Shown here: in pieces, positions 54,309-62,683 of the stretch | Layout: every line of letters starts with the position of its first letter | How positions within the stretch are numbered: the first letter of the stretch is position 1 | Assembly: GCA_038240075.1 (NCBI GenBank) | Contig: JBBSEC010000005.1 | Coordinates: 4,111 to 68,110, forward strand | Direction of reading: 5' to 3' | Source: Acidimicrobiia bacterium | Lineage (GTDB): Bacteria > Actinomycetota > Acidimicrobiia > IMCC26256 > PALSA-610 | DNA: 64,000 bases | The notes under the pieces: model-generated | The model's database searches: none | What the model was told of the DNA's origin: nothing | Seen by the model: only the letters and a program-made list of their open reading frames with translations | Program-made: the position numbers and the translations under genes

Positions 54309-56383
54309 GCACCGGGTACCGGGTGGGCGTCGATGTGGGCGGCACGTTCACCGACATCATCTGTGTGACGCCCGAGGGCGAGATCGTCCTCGACAAGACG
54401 CCCACGACGCTCGACGACCAGTCGACCGGCGTCATGAACGGCCTGACGCAGCTCAGCCAGCGGTTCGGCATGTCGCTCACCGATCTCTGCAGCCGGCTCG
54501 ACATCCTCGTGCACGGCACGACAACGGCCGACAACACGATGATCGAGATGAACGGTGCCGCGACCGGGCTGCTCGTCACCGAGGGCCACCGCGACGAGAT
54601 CGAGTTCCGCCGCTGCCACAAGGAAGAGATCTGGGATCCCTCGGCCACCGGTCCCCTGCCGATCGCACGGCGACGGGCGCGGATCCCGATCCCCGAGCGC
54701 GTCGACTACGAAGGCAATGTCCTGCGCGCGCTCGACGAAGACGCGGTGCGCCGCGGCGTCCGCCGGTTGAAGGCGCTCGGCGTGCGTTCGATCGCGGTGA
54801 TGTACCTGTTCTCGTTCGTCAATCCCACGCACGAGCGCCGCACCCGCGAGATCGTGCTCGAGGAGTTCCCCGACGTCGAGCACATCTCCCTCTCGCACGA
54901 GGTGATGCCCCGCGGTCCCGAGTACGAGCGCGTCTCCACCACCTTGGTGAACGCGTACGTCGCGCCGCGGATCGCGAGCTACGTCGGTCAGCTCGAAGAG
55001 AAGCTGCGGCGCGGCGGCTACGGCGGCCCGCTGCTGATCATGCAGTCGACCGGCGGCGTGATGCCCCCTGAGTATGTCTCTCGGCGCGCGGTCTCACTGC
55101 TCGCATCGGGCCCGACCGGCGGCGTGATGGGCGCGACCGTCGCGGCCGACAAGGCCGGCATCAACCAGTTCATCGCCGTCGACATGGGCGGCACCAGCTT
55201 CGACCTGTGCCTCGTGCGCGACGGCCAACCGGAGATCAAGACCGACTGGAACTGGCGCTACCGCTATTACATCGGGCTGCCGATGGTCGACGTGCAGAGC
55301 GTCGGCGCCGGCGGCGGGTCGATCGCAAGGGTGCGCCAGGGCGCGCTGCTCGTCGGACCGGAGTCGGCGGGATCGGTCCCCGGTCCCGTCTGCTACGGAC
55401 GGGGCGGCACCGCGCCCACTGTCACCGACGCCGACGCCGTGCTCGGGTACCTGCCGAGCGCGAGCTTCGCGGGCGGGCGCATGCACCTCGACGTCGAGGC
55501 CGCGCGCGACGCGATCCGCACGCAGGTCGCCGAGCCGCTCGGGATGGATGCCGTCGAGGCGGCGTGGGGCATCGAGCGAATCGTGAACTCCAACATGGCC
55601 AACGCGACCCGCAAGGTGCTCGCCGGTCACGGCGCCGACCCCCGCGAGCTGTCACTGATCGCGTACGGCGGGAACGGCCCGGTGCACGCGTGGGCGATCG
55701 CGGCCGAGCTCGGCATCGACCGCATCGTCGTGCCGAAGGCGGCACCCGCGTTCTCGGCCCTCGGTGTGCTCGTCGCCGACTACGTCGTCGATGTCGTGCG
55801 CGCGTACGTGACCCCGCTCTCACAGGTCGACCTGTCGCGCCTGCGCGCGCTCATGTCGGAGGTGCTCGACGAGACCCGCAAGGAGCTGGAGCCCACGGGT
55901 CTTCCCGACGACGGCGTCGAGCGCGCCCTGTTCGCGCAGATGTGCTACCCGGGCCAGAACTTCGACATGAGCGTGCCGGTGCCCGAAGGCCCCGAGCTGG
56001 CCGAGGGCGGGCTCCTCGACCTCGCCGAGCGCTTCCACGATCAGCACCAGTCGCAACGCGGCTTCTCGTTCCGCAACCAGCAGCCGCTGCTGCGGGGCGT
56101 CCGGCTCGTGGCCAAGGGCCGCACACCGAAGCCGGATCGCCTCGCGCAACGCGGCACCGCCGGCACGGGTGACACCGCGGCGACCGCGCTCACGGGCACG
56201 CGGCCCGCGTACTTCGGGACCGAGTTCGTCGACACCCCGGTGCACTCGGGCCCCGCGTTGGAGCCCGCAGCCGAGATCCGCGGTCCGGCCCTGATCGAAG
56301 AGCCGTTCACCGTGGTCGTCGTGCCACCGGGCACGACCGCGCGTCTCGACGATCTCGGGAACTACGTGCTGCAGAGCTCGTGA
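54305..56383 (+). CDS. Hydantoinase A/oxoprolinase-family protein
   Basis: ATG 54305 overlaps the upstream TGA by 4 nt. YRVGVDVGGTFTDII and FIAVDMGGTSFD (ASKHA fold). Confidence 0.9.
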   Translation: MSTGYRVGVDVGGTFTDIICVTPEGEIVLDKTPTTLDDQSTGVMNGLTQLSQRFGMSLTDLCSRLDILVHGTTTADNTMIEMNGAATGLLVTEGHRDEIEFRRCHKEEIWDPSATGPLPIARRRARIPIPERVDYEGNVLRALDEDAVRRGVRRLKALGVRSIAVMYLFSFVNPTHERRTREIVLEEFPDVEHISLSHEVMPRGPEYERVSTTLVNAYVAPRIASYVGQLEEKLRRGGYGGPLLIMQSTGGVMPPEYVSRRAVSLLASGPTGGVMGATVAADKAGINQFIAVDMGGTSFDLCLVRDGQPEIKTDWNWRYRYYIGLPMVDVQSVGAGGGSIARVRQGALLVGPESAGSVPGPVCYGRGGTAPTVTDADAVLGYLPSASFAGGRMHLDVEAARDAIRTQVAEPLGMDAVEAAWGIERIVNSNMANATRKVLAGHGADPRELSLIAYGGNGPVHAWAIAAELGIDRIVVPKAAPAFSALGVLVADYVVDVVRAYVTPLSQVDLSRLRALMSEVLDETRKELEPTGLPDDGVERALFAQMCYPGQNFDMSVPVPEGPELAEGGLLDLAERFHDQHQSQRGFSFRNQQPLLRGVRLVAKGRTPKPDRLAQRGTAGTGDTAATALTGTRPAYFGTEFVDTPVHSGPALEPAAEIRGPALIEEPFTVVVVPPGTTARLDDLGNYVLQSS

Positions 56384-56452
56384 CCCGAAGGCATGGCGTC
56401 GGGGACGACTGCTCGGTAGTGTCCGCGGTTCGAACCGACTTGGGGGTCGACC

Positions 56453-56950
56453 GTGGCCAACCCGCTCATCACCGCGGCTCTCGTGCGCGACCGCACTCGC
56501 TCACTCGAGACCGAATCGAAGAATCGCCGGGAGGCCGCCGACGTCGTCATCGGGCACCTCAAGGCCGTGCGACTCTTCTCGACGTGCACGCGCAAGGAAC
56601 TGCGCGCGATCGCGAAGTCGGCGAAGATCACGAACGTCAAGCAGGGCGCGCAGATCATCACCGAAGGCGACGACGGGAACACGATGTACGTGCTGCTTGC
56701 CGGCACCGCGCGCGTGTCTCGCAGCGGTCGGAAGCTCGCGACCGTCGGACCGGGTGTCGCGTTCGGCGAGCTCGCGTTGCTCAGCAAGGGGCCGCGCACG
56801 GCGACCGTCGTCGCGGTCTCCGACATGGAGGTCGCGATCATCACGCGTCGCAAGCTGACGCGTGTGCTCGAAGAGGCCCCGGACTTCGCGCGCAAGTTGC
56901 TCGAGGCGCTCGCCGACATGGTGCGCGAGAACGACAAGAAGCTCGTCTGA
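56453..56950 (+). CDS. Stand-alone cyclic-nucleotide-binding domain protein (second copy)
   Basis: 165 aa with GTG start. VRLFSTCTRKELRAIA...GVAFGELALLSKGPRTATVVA. No output domain. Confidence 0.85.
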   Translation: MANPLITAALVRDRTRSLETESKNRREAADVVIGHLKAVRLFSTCTRKELRAIAKSAKITNVKQGAQIITEGDDGNTMYVLLAGTARVSRSGRKLATVGPGVAFGELALLSKGPRTATVVAVSDMEVAIITRRKLTRVLEEAPDFARKLLEALADMVRENDKKLV

Positions 56951-56981
56951 CCCGAGCCGTCGCGACCGGGAACGGTCGCGG

Positions 56982-57548
56982 ATGAGCGGATACCTCTCCG
57001 CCGACGACGCCCGGATGCTCGCGGTCGCCGTCGACCGGCTCATCCCACCGTCGGGCCCGCACCCCGGCGCCGCCGCGCTCGGCGTCGTCGACTACATCGA
57101 CGGGCTCCTCGGCGCCTTCCTCGTCGATCCGCCGCGCATCTTCGCCGGCGGACCGTTCTCCGGCCGCGCCGGCGGCGAGGCGTCGTTCGAGAGCTTCCTG
57201 CCCCTCCGACCGCAGGAAGAGCTCGCGTGGCGCACGCGCATCGAGGGCTCGCAGGAGCGGCCCGAACGCGAGTTCAACGGCCCGGTGCGCGGGTGGCAGG
57301 AGATCTACCGCTCGGGCATCGACGCGCTCGGTACCGACTTCGATCGGGTCGACGGCGACGAGCAGGATCGGCGGCTGCACACCGACGCGGAGTTCCACAC
57401 GCTGCTCTACGCCCACGCCAACGAGGGTTGCTACGGGGCACCCGAATACGGGGGCAACCGCGACGGGCGCGGTTGGGCCGCGATCGGCTATCCCGGGGAC
57501 TCGCAGCCACGCGGCTACACCGACGAAGAAGTCAGTGGGCGCGCGTAG
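56982..57548 (+). CDS. Gluconate 2-dehydrogenase subunit 3-family protein (small partner of the GMC oxidoreductase)
   Basis: MSGYLSADDARMLAVAVDRLIPP...FHTLLYAHANEGCYGAPEYGGN matches my memory of PF13618. It lies immediately upstream of the GMC gene. Confidence 0.75.
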   Translation: MSGYLSADDARMLAVAVDRLIPPSGPHPGAAALGVVDYIDGLLGAFLVDPPRIFAGGPFSGRAGGEASFESFLPLRPQEELAWRTRIEGSQERPEREFNGPVRGWQEIYRSGIDALGTDFDRVDGDEQDRRLHTDAEFHTLLYAHANEGCYGAPEYGGNRDGRGWAAIGYPGDSQPRGYTDEEVSGRA

Positions 57549-59245
57549 TGGCCGAGGTCGACTGCAACGCGGTCATCATCGGCTCGGGACCGGGCGGCGC
57601 GACCGCGGCCGACGTGCTCACGGCCGCGGGTTGGTCGGTCATCATCCTCGAAAAGGGCCCGAATCACTTCCTCGATCTCGAGCCGCCGTTCGCGTTGAAC
57701 GGGCATCTCTCGAACGACGAGATCAAGCACTTTCGCCGCTACTTCCTCGGTCCTGATCCCTTCCTCGAACCGCGCACGTTCCGCAACTCGGTCGAGCAGG
57801 GCGAGCGCACCTACACGGGTGGCGTCAACAACATGCCGACCGGGGTCGGAGGCGCGGGCTTCCACGCCGACGCCAAGCTGCCGCGATTCCGTGAGGTCGA
57901 TTTCCACGTCGCGTCGGAGCTGGGACCGTTCGAAGGCGCCGACCTCGTCGACTGGCCCTTCGGCTACGACGAGCTCGAGCCCTACTACGCCGAAGCCGAG
58001 CGCCTCATCGGTGTCGCGGGCGCGGCCGACGAGAACCCGTTCGCGTCGTGGCGCGCCGATCCCTACCCGATGCCGCCGGGGGCCGACATGTACGGCGCGA
58101 TCCTCACGAGCGACGCGGCCCGTGAGCTCGGGTACCACCCGTACCGCGCGCCGACCGGTGTGAACAGCGTCGAGTACGACGGCCGGCCCGCGTGCAACAA
58201 CTGCGGCTTCTGCGCGAACTACGGCTGCCCGATCGACGCGAAGGGCGATCCGATCGCGCCGCTCCGCAACGCGCTCCGCACCGGTCGGTGCGAGATCCGG
58301 CCCGAGAGCTACGTCAGCGACATCCTCCTCGACGCGTCGGCGAAGCGCGCCCGTGGTGTGCGCTACATCGATGCGGCCGGCGACGCGCACGAGCTGTCGG
58401 CGGCGTTCGTGATCGTCGCCGGCGGTGCGTTCGAGACGCCGCGCCTGCTCTTGCGCAGCGGAGTCGGCAACTCGTCGGATCTCGTCGGCCGGTACCTGAT
58501 GTTCCACTTCCAGACGTTTGGCATCGGCTCGTTCGACCACCCGCTGCACGCGCATCGAGGACGCGCGGTCACGCACATCCACGACGATCACATGGTCCCC
58601 GACGCGGCGAGCCTCGCCTTCGCCAAGGAGCACGACCTCCCCTACTTCCGCTCCGGCCTCACCGAGCACGGCGGCGGCGGGAGCCCGATCATGGAAGGCA
58701 TGTATTCGCCACCCGGACCCGGCCACACGCAGGCGATGCTCTCGTCGATGATGCGCGAACGGTTGTGGGCGTTCACGATCCAGGGCGAGGACCTGCCGCA
58801 GGCGTCGAACCGCGTCGACCTCGACCCGACCGTGCGCGACTGGCGCGGCTTTCCCGCGGGCCGGGTCACCTACGAGCCGCACCGCCACGAGCTGGTCGCG
58901 TCGGAGTACTACGGCCCGAAGCTCACCCAGGTCCTCACGCGCGCAGGCGCGCAATGGACGTTCACCGCGACCTCGCCGCCGCTCCCGGGCTCGCGGGGCG
59001 CGGCGATCTCACCGTCGCCGAACTCGAAGCACGTCATCGGTACGTGCCGCATGGGCACGGACCCCCGCACCAGCGTCGTCGATCCGTGGCAGCGGTTCCA
59101 CGACGTCGAGAACCTCGTGTGCACCGACTCGTCGGTGTTCCCGACCTCGACCGGCTACGGACCGACCCTCACGATCGTCGCGCTCGCCATCCGGGCCAGC
59201 CGGGCGCTCGCCGACCTGGCGCCCCTCCGCTCGATCCGGCCGTGA
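57548..59245 (+). CDS. GMC-family FAD-dependent oxidoreductase
   Basis: GTG 57548 overlaps the upstream TAG by 1 nt. FAD motif VIIGSGPGGATAA. The C-terminal GTCRMGTDP...DSSVFPT is typical of the GMC family. Confidence 0.9.
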   Translation: MAEVDCNAVIIGSGPGGATAADVLTAAGWSVIILEKGPNHFLDLEPPFALNGHLSNDEIKHFRRYFLGPDPFLEPRTFRNSVEQGERTYTGGVNNMPTGVGGAGFHADAKLPRFREVDFHVASELGPFEGADLVDWPFGYDELEPYYAEAERLIGVAGAADENPFASWRADPYPMPPGADMYGAILTSDAARELGYHPYRAPTGVNSVEYDGRPACNNCGFCANYGCPIDAKGDPIAPLRNALRTGRCEIRPESYVSDILLDASAKRARGVRYIDAAGDAHELSAAFVIVAGGAFETPRLLLRSGVGNSSDLVGRYLMFHFQTFGIGSFDHPLHAHRGRAVTHIHDDHMVPDAASLAFAKEHDLPYFRSGLTEHGGGGSPIMEGMYSPPGPGHTQAMLSSMMRERLWAFTIQGEDLPQASNRVDLDPTVRDWRGFPAGRVTYEPHRHELVASEYYGPKLTQVLTRAGAQWTFTATSPPLPGSRGAAISPSPNSKHVIGTCRMGTDPRTSVVDPWQRFHDVENLVCTDSSVFPTSTGYGPTLTIVALAIRASRALADLAPLRSIRP

Positions 59246-60039
59246 GCGTCGCAGCCCCGCGCGAGGATGCCCGGGTGCAGCCGACCGCCGTCCTCTTCGA
59301 CTTCTACGGGACCCTCGCCGAGTCCGACGGCACCGGGCTGCGCGTCGCCGACGTGCTCACCGAGCACGGCTACGAGCTTCCCGACGACGTCGCCCGCCGG
59401 TACTGGCAGGACGGGCTCGACGGCATCGAGCACGACGAGCACTCCGTCTCCCGGGAGCACTACGTCGCGTGGCAGACGCAGCGCATGCACGGCCTGCTCG
59501 GCGAGTGCGGCGTCGAGCCCGCCGTCGCAGACGTGATCATCGCCCGGCTCCAGGCCGCGTCCGCGCGGCCGAAGATGCGTGCCTACGACGACGCCGCCGA
59601 GGTGCTCACGAGCCTGCGCGCGGAGGGGGTCGTCGTCGCGGTCTGCTCCAACTGGGACTGGGATCTCGCCGAAGCGGTCGCCGAAGCCGGGCTCACGGAT
59701 CACGTCGACGTGCTCATCTCGTCGGCTTGGGTCGGTGCCCGCAAACCGCACACCCGCATCTACGCGCGTGCGCTCGACGAGCTCGGCCTCGCGCCCGACG
59801 CGGTGCTGTTCGTGGGCGACACCTGGAACTGCGACGTCGACGGACCGCTCGCGCACGGGATGCGCCCGGTCTACGTCCGCCGCAGCCACCGCGAGCCCGA
59901 CACCACCGCGCCGGCGATCGTCCCCGACGACGTGATCGTCCTCCCCGACCTGCGCGGTGTCGTCGAGCTCGCGCTCGGCAGGCCTGAGCGCGCTACTTCG
60001 CCTCGAGTGCCTCCACACGCGCAGCAAGTTCGCCGATAA
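59242..60039 (+). CDS. HAD-superfamily hydrolase (subfamily IA, haloacid-dehalogenase-like)
   Basis: Motif I is LFDFYGTL, motif II CSNW, motif III ARKP and motif IV VGDTWNCDVDG. The start is either GTG 59242 (overlapping the GMC TGA) or GTG 59275. Confidence 0.82.
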   Translation: MSVAAPREDARVQPTAVLFDFYGTLAESDGTGLRVADVLTEHGYELPDDVARRYWQDGLDGIEHDEHSVSREHYVAWQTQRMHGLLGECGVEPAVADVIIARLQAASARPKMRAYDDAAEVLTSLRAEGVVVAVCSNWDWDLAEAVAEAGLTDHVDVLISSAWVGARKPHTRIYARALDELGLAPDAVLFVGDTWNCDVDGPLAHGMRPVYVRRSHREPDTTAPAIVPDDVIVLPDLRGVVELALGRPERATSPRVPPHAQQVRR

Positions 60040-60178
60040 CGGTCGCGAGCTCGGCCGCCACCTCGGCGACGATGGCCAGGACGACCGCGGTGATCTCGGC
60101 GAGCTCTTCCTCAGTGGCCTTGGCGCCACCGCGATGTAGCGCGTCGCGCAGCCGCTGATGGACGTGCTCCGTCTGCAT
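59993..60178 (-). CDS. Possible small helical protein (61 aa)
   Basis: MQTEHVHQRLRDALHRGGAKATEEELAEITAVVLAIVAEVAAELATVIGELAARVEALEAK. GC3 is high and GGGAGCGGGA lies upstream. It overlaps the HAD 3' end by 47 nt. It is unsupported by any recognised motif. Confidence 0.4.
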   Translation of the reverse strand: MQTEHVHQRLRDALHRGGAKATEEELAEITAVVLAIVAEVAAELATVIGELAARVEALEAK

Positions 60179-60376
60179 GCGCAGACGTTATCCCGCTCCC
60201 GATCGTCGATCGCGGTCGGGCCGCGACTCAGTATTTGCGTGCTTCTTCGGCCGGCGCATCGTTGCACTCCTTCGCGACCGACATGGAAACGCCGCGGCTC
60301 GTTCGCGACCTGAAGAGGAGTCACAGGTTTCGTACAGCGACGCTTGATTTAGCCCGTATTTATTGGGTCTTTCTGC

Positions 60377-60406
60377 TTGTTATCGAACGTATGTTCGTAG
60401 TACAAT
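60377..60406 (+). promoter_or_regulatory. Sigma-A-type promoter TTGTTA-N18-TACAAT with embedded LexA (SOS) box TCGAACGTATGTTCG (60383-60397); predicts a leaderless mRNA
   Basis: GAAC-N4-GTTC is the Gram-positive/actinobacterial LexA core. The -10 TACAAT ends 7 nt before ATG 60413, and no SD is present at a usable distance. Confidence 0.7.
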
Positions 60407-60412
60407 TAGGAC

Positions 60413-61612
60413 ATGTCCACCGACCTCGATGATGTCGATCTGAGTTCATTGTGTGATTCGGAACTGCGCGAGACGTTCATCGATGTGCGTCGCGGGATTG
60501 ATCGTGCGGAAGCGTTCGCAGCGCGGCTACTGGTCGCGATCGCGGGTCGCGGGATCCCCGCGGGTGACGGTGCATCGTCGGCGCCGGCATGGGCACAACT
60601 GCAGACCGGGCAACGGTTCCGCGACGCACGTATCTCACTCAAGGCAGGGGACGCGTGCGACACGATGCCTCTGATGGCCAAAGCCTGGACGCAAGGAGAA
60701 ATCTCCGTCAGCGCCGCGACAACCATCGCGATCGGTCGTCGTGCCGGTCATGAAGACGTCTACGCGACGATGGAACGCGAACTCGTGCGCCTCGCCGAGG
60801 ACCGTCGGTTCGGTGGACTCGACGCGCGGATCCACTACTACCAGCAGCGATGCAACGAACTCGACGACAAGCCGCCACCCGAACGAGAAGGCCTGTACAT
60901 CTCCCAAGTCGGCGACCGGTATGCGATCAGAGGCGACGTCGACCTGTTGCTCGGCGCAACGATCAAGAAAGGCGTCGACGCCGCCACCGACAAACCCAGC
61001 CTCGACGACCTCCGCAGCCCCGCAGTACGACGCGCGGATGCGCTCGGCCAGATCTGCCGGGACACCCTCGACCGCGGTGACCTCCCCACCGAAGACGGGG
61101 AACGACCCCACATCACAATCACCGCGACACTCGAGTCGCTCCTCAACGGCACCCTCACCACCACCGGGAGCCTTGCTGTCACGTCCAGCCAACTCAGCCG
61201 GCTGCTCTGCGAATCGAAACTCGAACTCATGGTCCTCGACCACAACGGCCACCCACTCGACATCGGCGCCGCCACCTACCGACCCTCCCGCAAACTCCGA
61301 AAAGCGGTGATCTTCCGAGACGGCGGCCGCTGTCGATATCCCGGCTGCGACCGAACCCACGGCGAAGTCCACCACGTCATCGTCTTCCCCAACGGCGAGA
61401 CCGTGATCGCGAACCTCGTCTTCTTATGCGACTTCCACCACCACGTCCTCCACAAACCCGGCTGGACCGCAACCTTCGACTGCATCACCCTCACCATCAC
61501 CAACCCCGACGGCCGATGCATCGGCACCACCTCAGCTCCAGACTGCTCGCCAGCGGGTCGAGACAGATCGATACGTGACGCGGCGACATCGAGCGCGACA
61601 ATTCCGGCGTGA
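60413..61612 (+). CDS. DUF222 + HNH endonuclease domain protein (REP13E12-like)
   Basis: 399 aa. HNH region: CRYPGCDRTHGEVHHVIVFPNGETVIANLVFLCDFHHHVLHKPGW. It has many A/T-ending codons (gat, agt, tca, ttg, tgt, gaa, att), unlike its neighbours. Confidence 0.88.
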   Translation: MSTDLDDVDLSSLCDSELRETFIDVRRGIDRAEAFAARLLVAIAGRGIPAGDGASSAPAWAQLQTGQRFRDARISLKAGDACDTMPLMAKAWTQGEISVSAATTIAIGRRAGHEDVYATMERELVRLAEDRRFGGLDARIHYYQQRCNELDDKPPPEREGLYISQVGDRYAIRGDVDLLLGATIKKGVDAATDKPSLDDLRSPAVRRADALGQICRDTLDRGDLPTEDGERPHITITATLESLLNGTLTTTGSLAVTSSQLSRLLCESKLELMVLDHNGHPLDIGAATYRPSRKLRKAVIFRDGGRCRYPGCDRTHGEVHHVIVFPNGETVIANLVFLCDFHHHVLHKPGWTATFDCITLTITNPDGRCIGTTSAPDCSPAGRDRSIRDAATSSATIPA

Positions 61613-62103
61613 GAGCCAAGTTGGTCGTGCTGGCGACGCTCGCCGCACTCGTGACCGCGGCGCTGATGTTCGTCGTCACGCTCTGGCACAGCGGAGCCCG
61701 CGGTGAGTCGACGACGGGCAAGACCTCGGTCGACATCGGCGTGATGCACCCGGGATCGGTGAAGACGTTCTCGCTCGTCATCGATGCCCTCGGCGGCGCG
61801 CGGTGGCCCGTCTTCGTCGTCGACCAGCCATCGGGTCACTTCACGGCGTTCCTGGGTCGCGCTCAACACGTGAAGTGCCCGCTCGTCTGGAGCCAGCAAC
61901 CGCACTACGCCCGCATGTTCGATTCCGAGAGCGATGCCTTCGAGGATCCGTGCGGCGGCGCGCTCTTCATGCTCGACGGCACCTGCTACGACGGCCCGTG
62001 TGAGCACGCGCTCGACGAGTTTCCGATCACGCGCACGGGCGCGACCGCGTCGATCGACCTCGACACGCTGATCCCCGGCCCACCCAACCGGACCGCCGTC
62101 TGA
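61609..62103 (+). CDS. Membrane-anchored protein with a degenerate Rieske-like domain (ligands not conserved)
   Basis: GTG 61609 overlaps the HNH TGA by 4 nt. TM helix LVVLATLAALVTAALMFVVTL. ...HVKCPLVW...DPCGGALFMLDGTCYDGPCEHALDEFPI resembles CxHxGC...CPCHGSxF...GPA but lacks the Cys/His ligand set. Confidence 0.6.
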   Translation: MRAKLVVLATLAALVTAALMFVVTLWHSGARGESTTGKTSVDIGVMHPGSVKTFSLVIDALGGARWPVFVVDQPSGHFTAFLGRAQHVKCPLVWSQQPHYARMFDSESDAFEDPCGGALFMLDGTCYDGPCEHALDEFPITRTGATASIDLDTLIPGPPNRTAV

Positions 62104-62115
62104 GGGCGTCGGGTT

Positions 62116-62587
62116 CTACAAGCCGAACTTCGCGTCGCTCACGGCCTGGACCGCGTCGGCGGGACCGTCGAGCGACACTCGCGACCCGGTCGCGCGGCCC
62201 GACAGCGTCGACCTCCGCGTCGGGAGGGCGGGGCTCCAGACCGTTGGCGCGGCGAATGTCTTCGTGGTGGATCCAGTTCTCCATCACATTGGCGAACGCG
62301 CCCGGCCCGACCCGGTACAACCACGGAAGCCCGGTGCGCAGCGTCGCGATCATCGAGTCGTAACCCTTGCGCTTCGCCGCGTCCATCAGCTTCGCGGTAT
62401 GCCCCGCGAACGGGCCGCCGATGATCACGCCCGGCATGGAATCGGGCCGGTGCTCGCGCACGATGAGGTGCGCGGCGAGATCCGAGGTCGTCCAACCCTC
62501 GCACAGCGTCGGCGCGTCGGGCCCGACCGCGTCGAACGTGTCGCACATCGCGGCGCGCTCGGCGCGCAAGATCTCGGCTGCGCTCAT
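62116..62587 (-). pseudogene. TIGR03085-like (DinB/mycothiol-dependent MDMPI-type) protein with an internal out-of-frame deletion
   Basis: From ATG 62587: MSAAEILRAERAAMCDTFDAVGPDAPTLCEGWTTSDLAAHL...NWIHHEDIRRANGLEPRPPDAEVDAV. Another frame then gives GRATGSRVSLDGPADAVQAVSDAKFGL* (stop 62116-62118). 472 nt = 3n+1. The track ORF's tail (to 62027) is Arg-rich junk. Confidence 0.6.
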
Positions 62588-62683
62588 CGGCAGACCCTAT
62601 GCGTCGGGCGCGTCGAATCGTGCCGCGCGATCACACCGGTCGTGCGGGGCACTACGGGTTGGAGGGCCGCGGCGCGGCCGCGG

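Noticed and set aside
56427-56436. The perfect 10-bp palindrome GGTTCGAACC upstream of the second cNMP gene, considered as a LexA box.
   Set aside because: The half-site order is GTTC-GAAC with no spacer, the reverse of the GAAC-N4-GTTC SOS box. No supporting promoter context is present.
60235-60432. A 65-aa plus-strand ORF and an 18-codon minus-strand mini-ORF in the AT-rich intergenic region upstream of the HNH gene.
   Set aside because: Neither has an RBS or promoter context, and their composition is atypical. The region is better explained as the promoter/operator region of the HNH gene.
62600-62683. A GC-rich hairpin (CCGCGGC-cgc-GCCGCGG on the minus strand) downstream of csp, considered as a terminator.
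   Set aside because: The stem is only 7 bp with a 3-nt loop and no U-tract. This is too weak to call as a feature.
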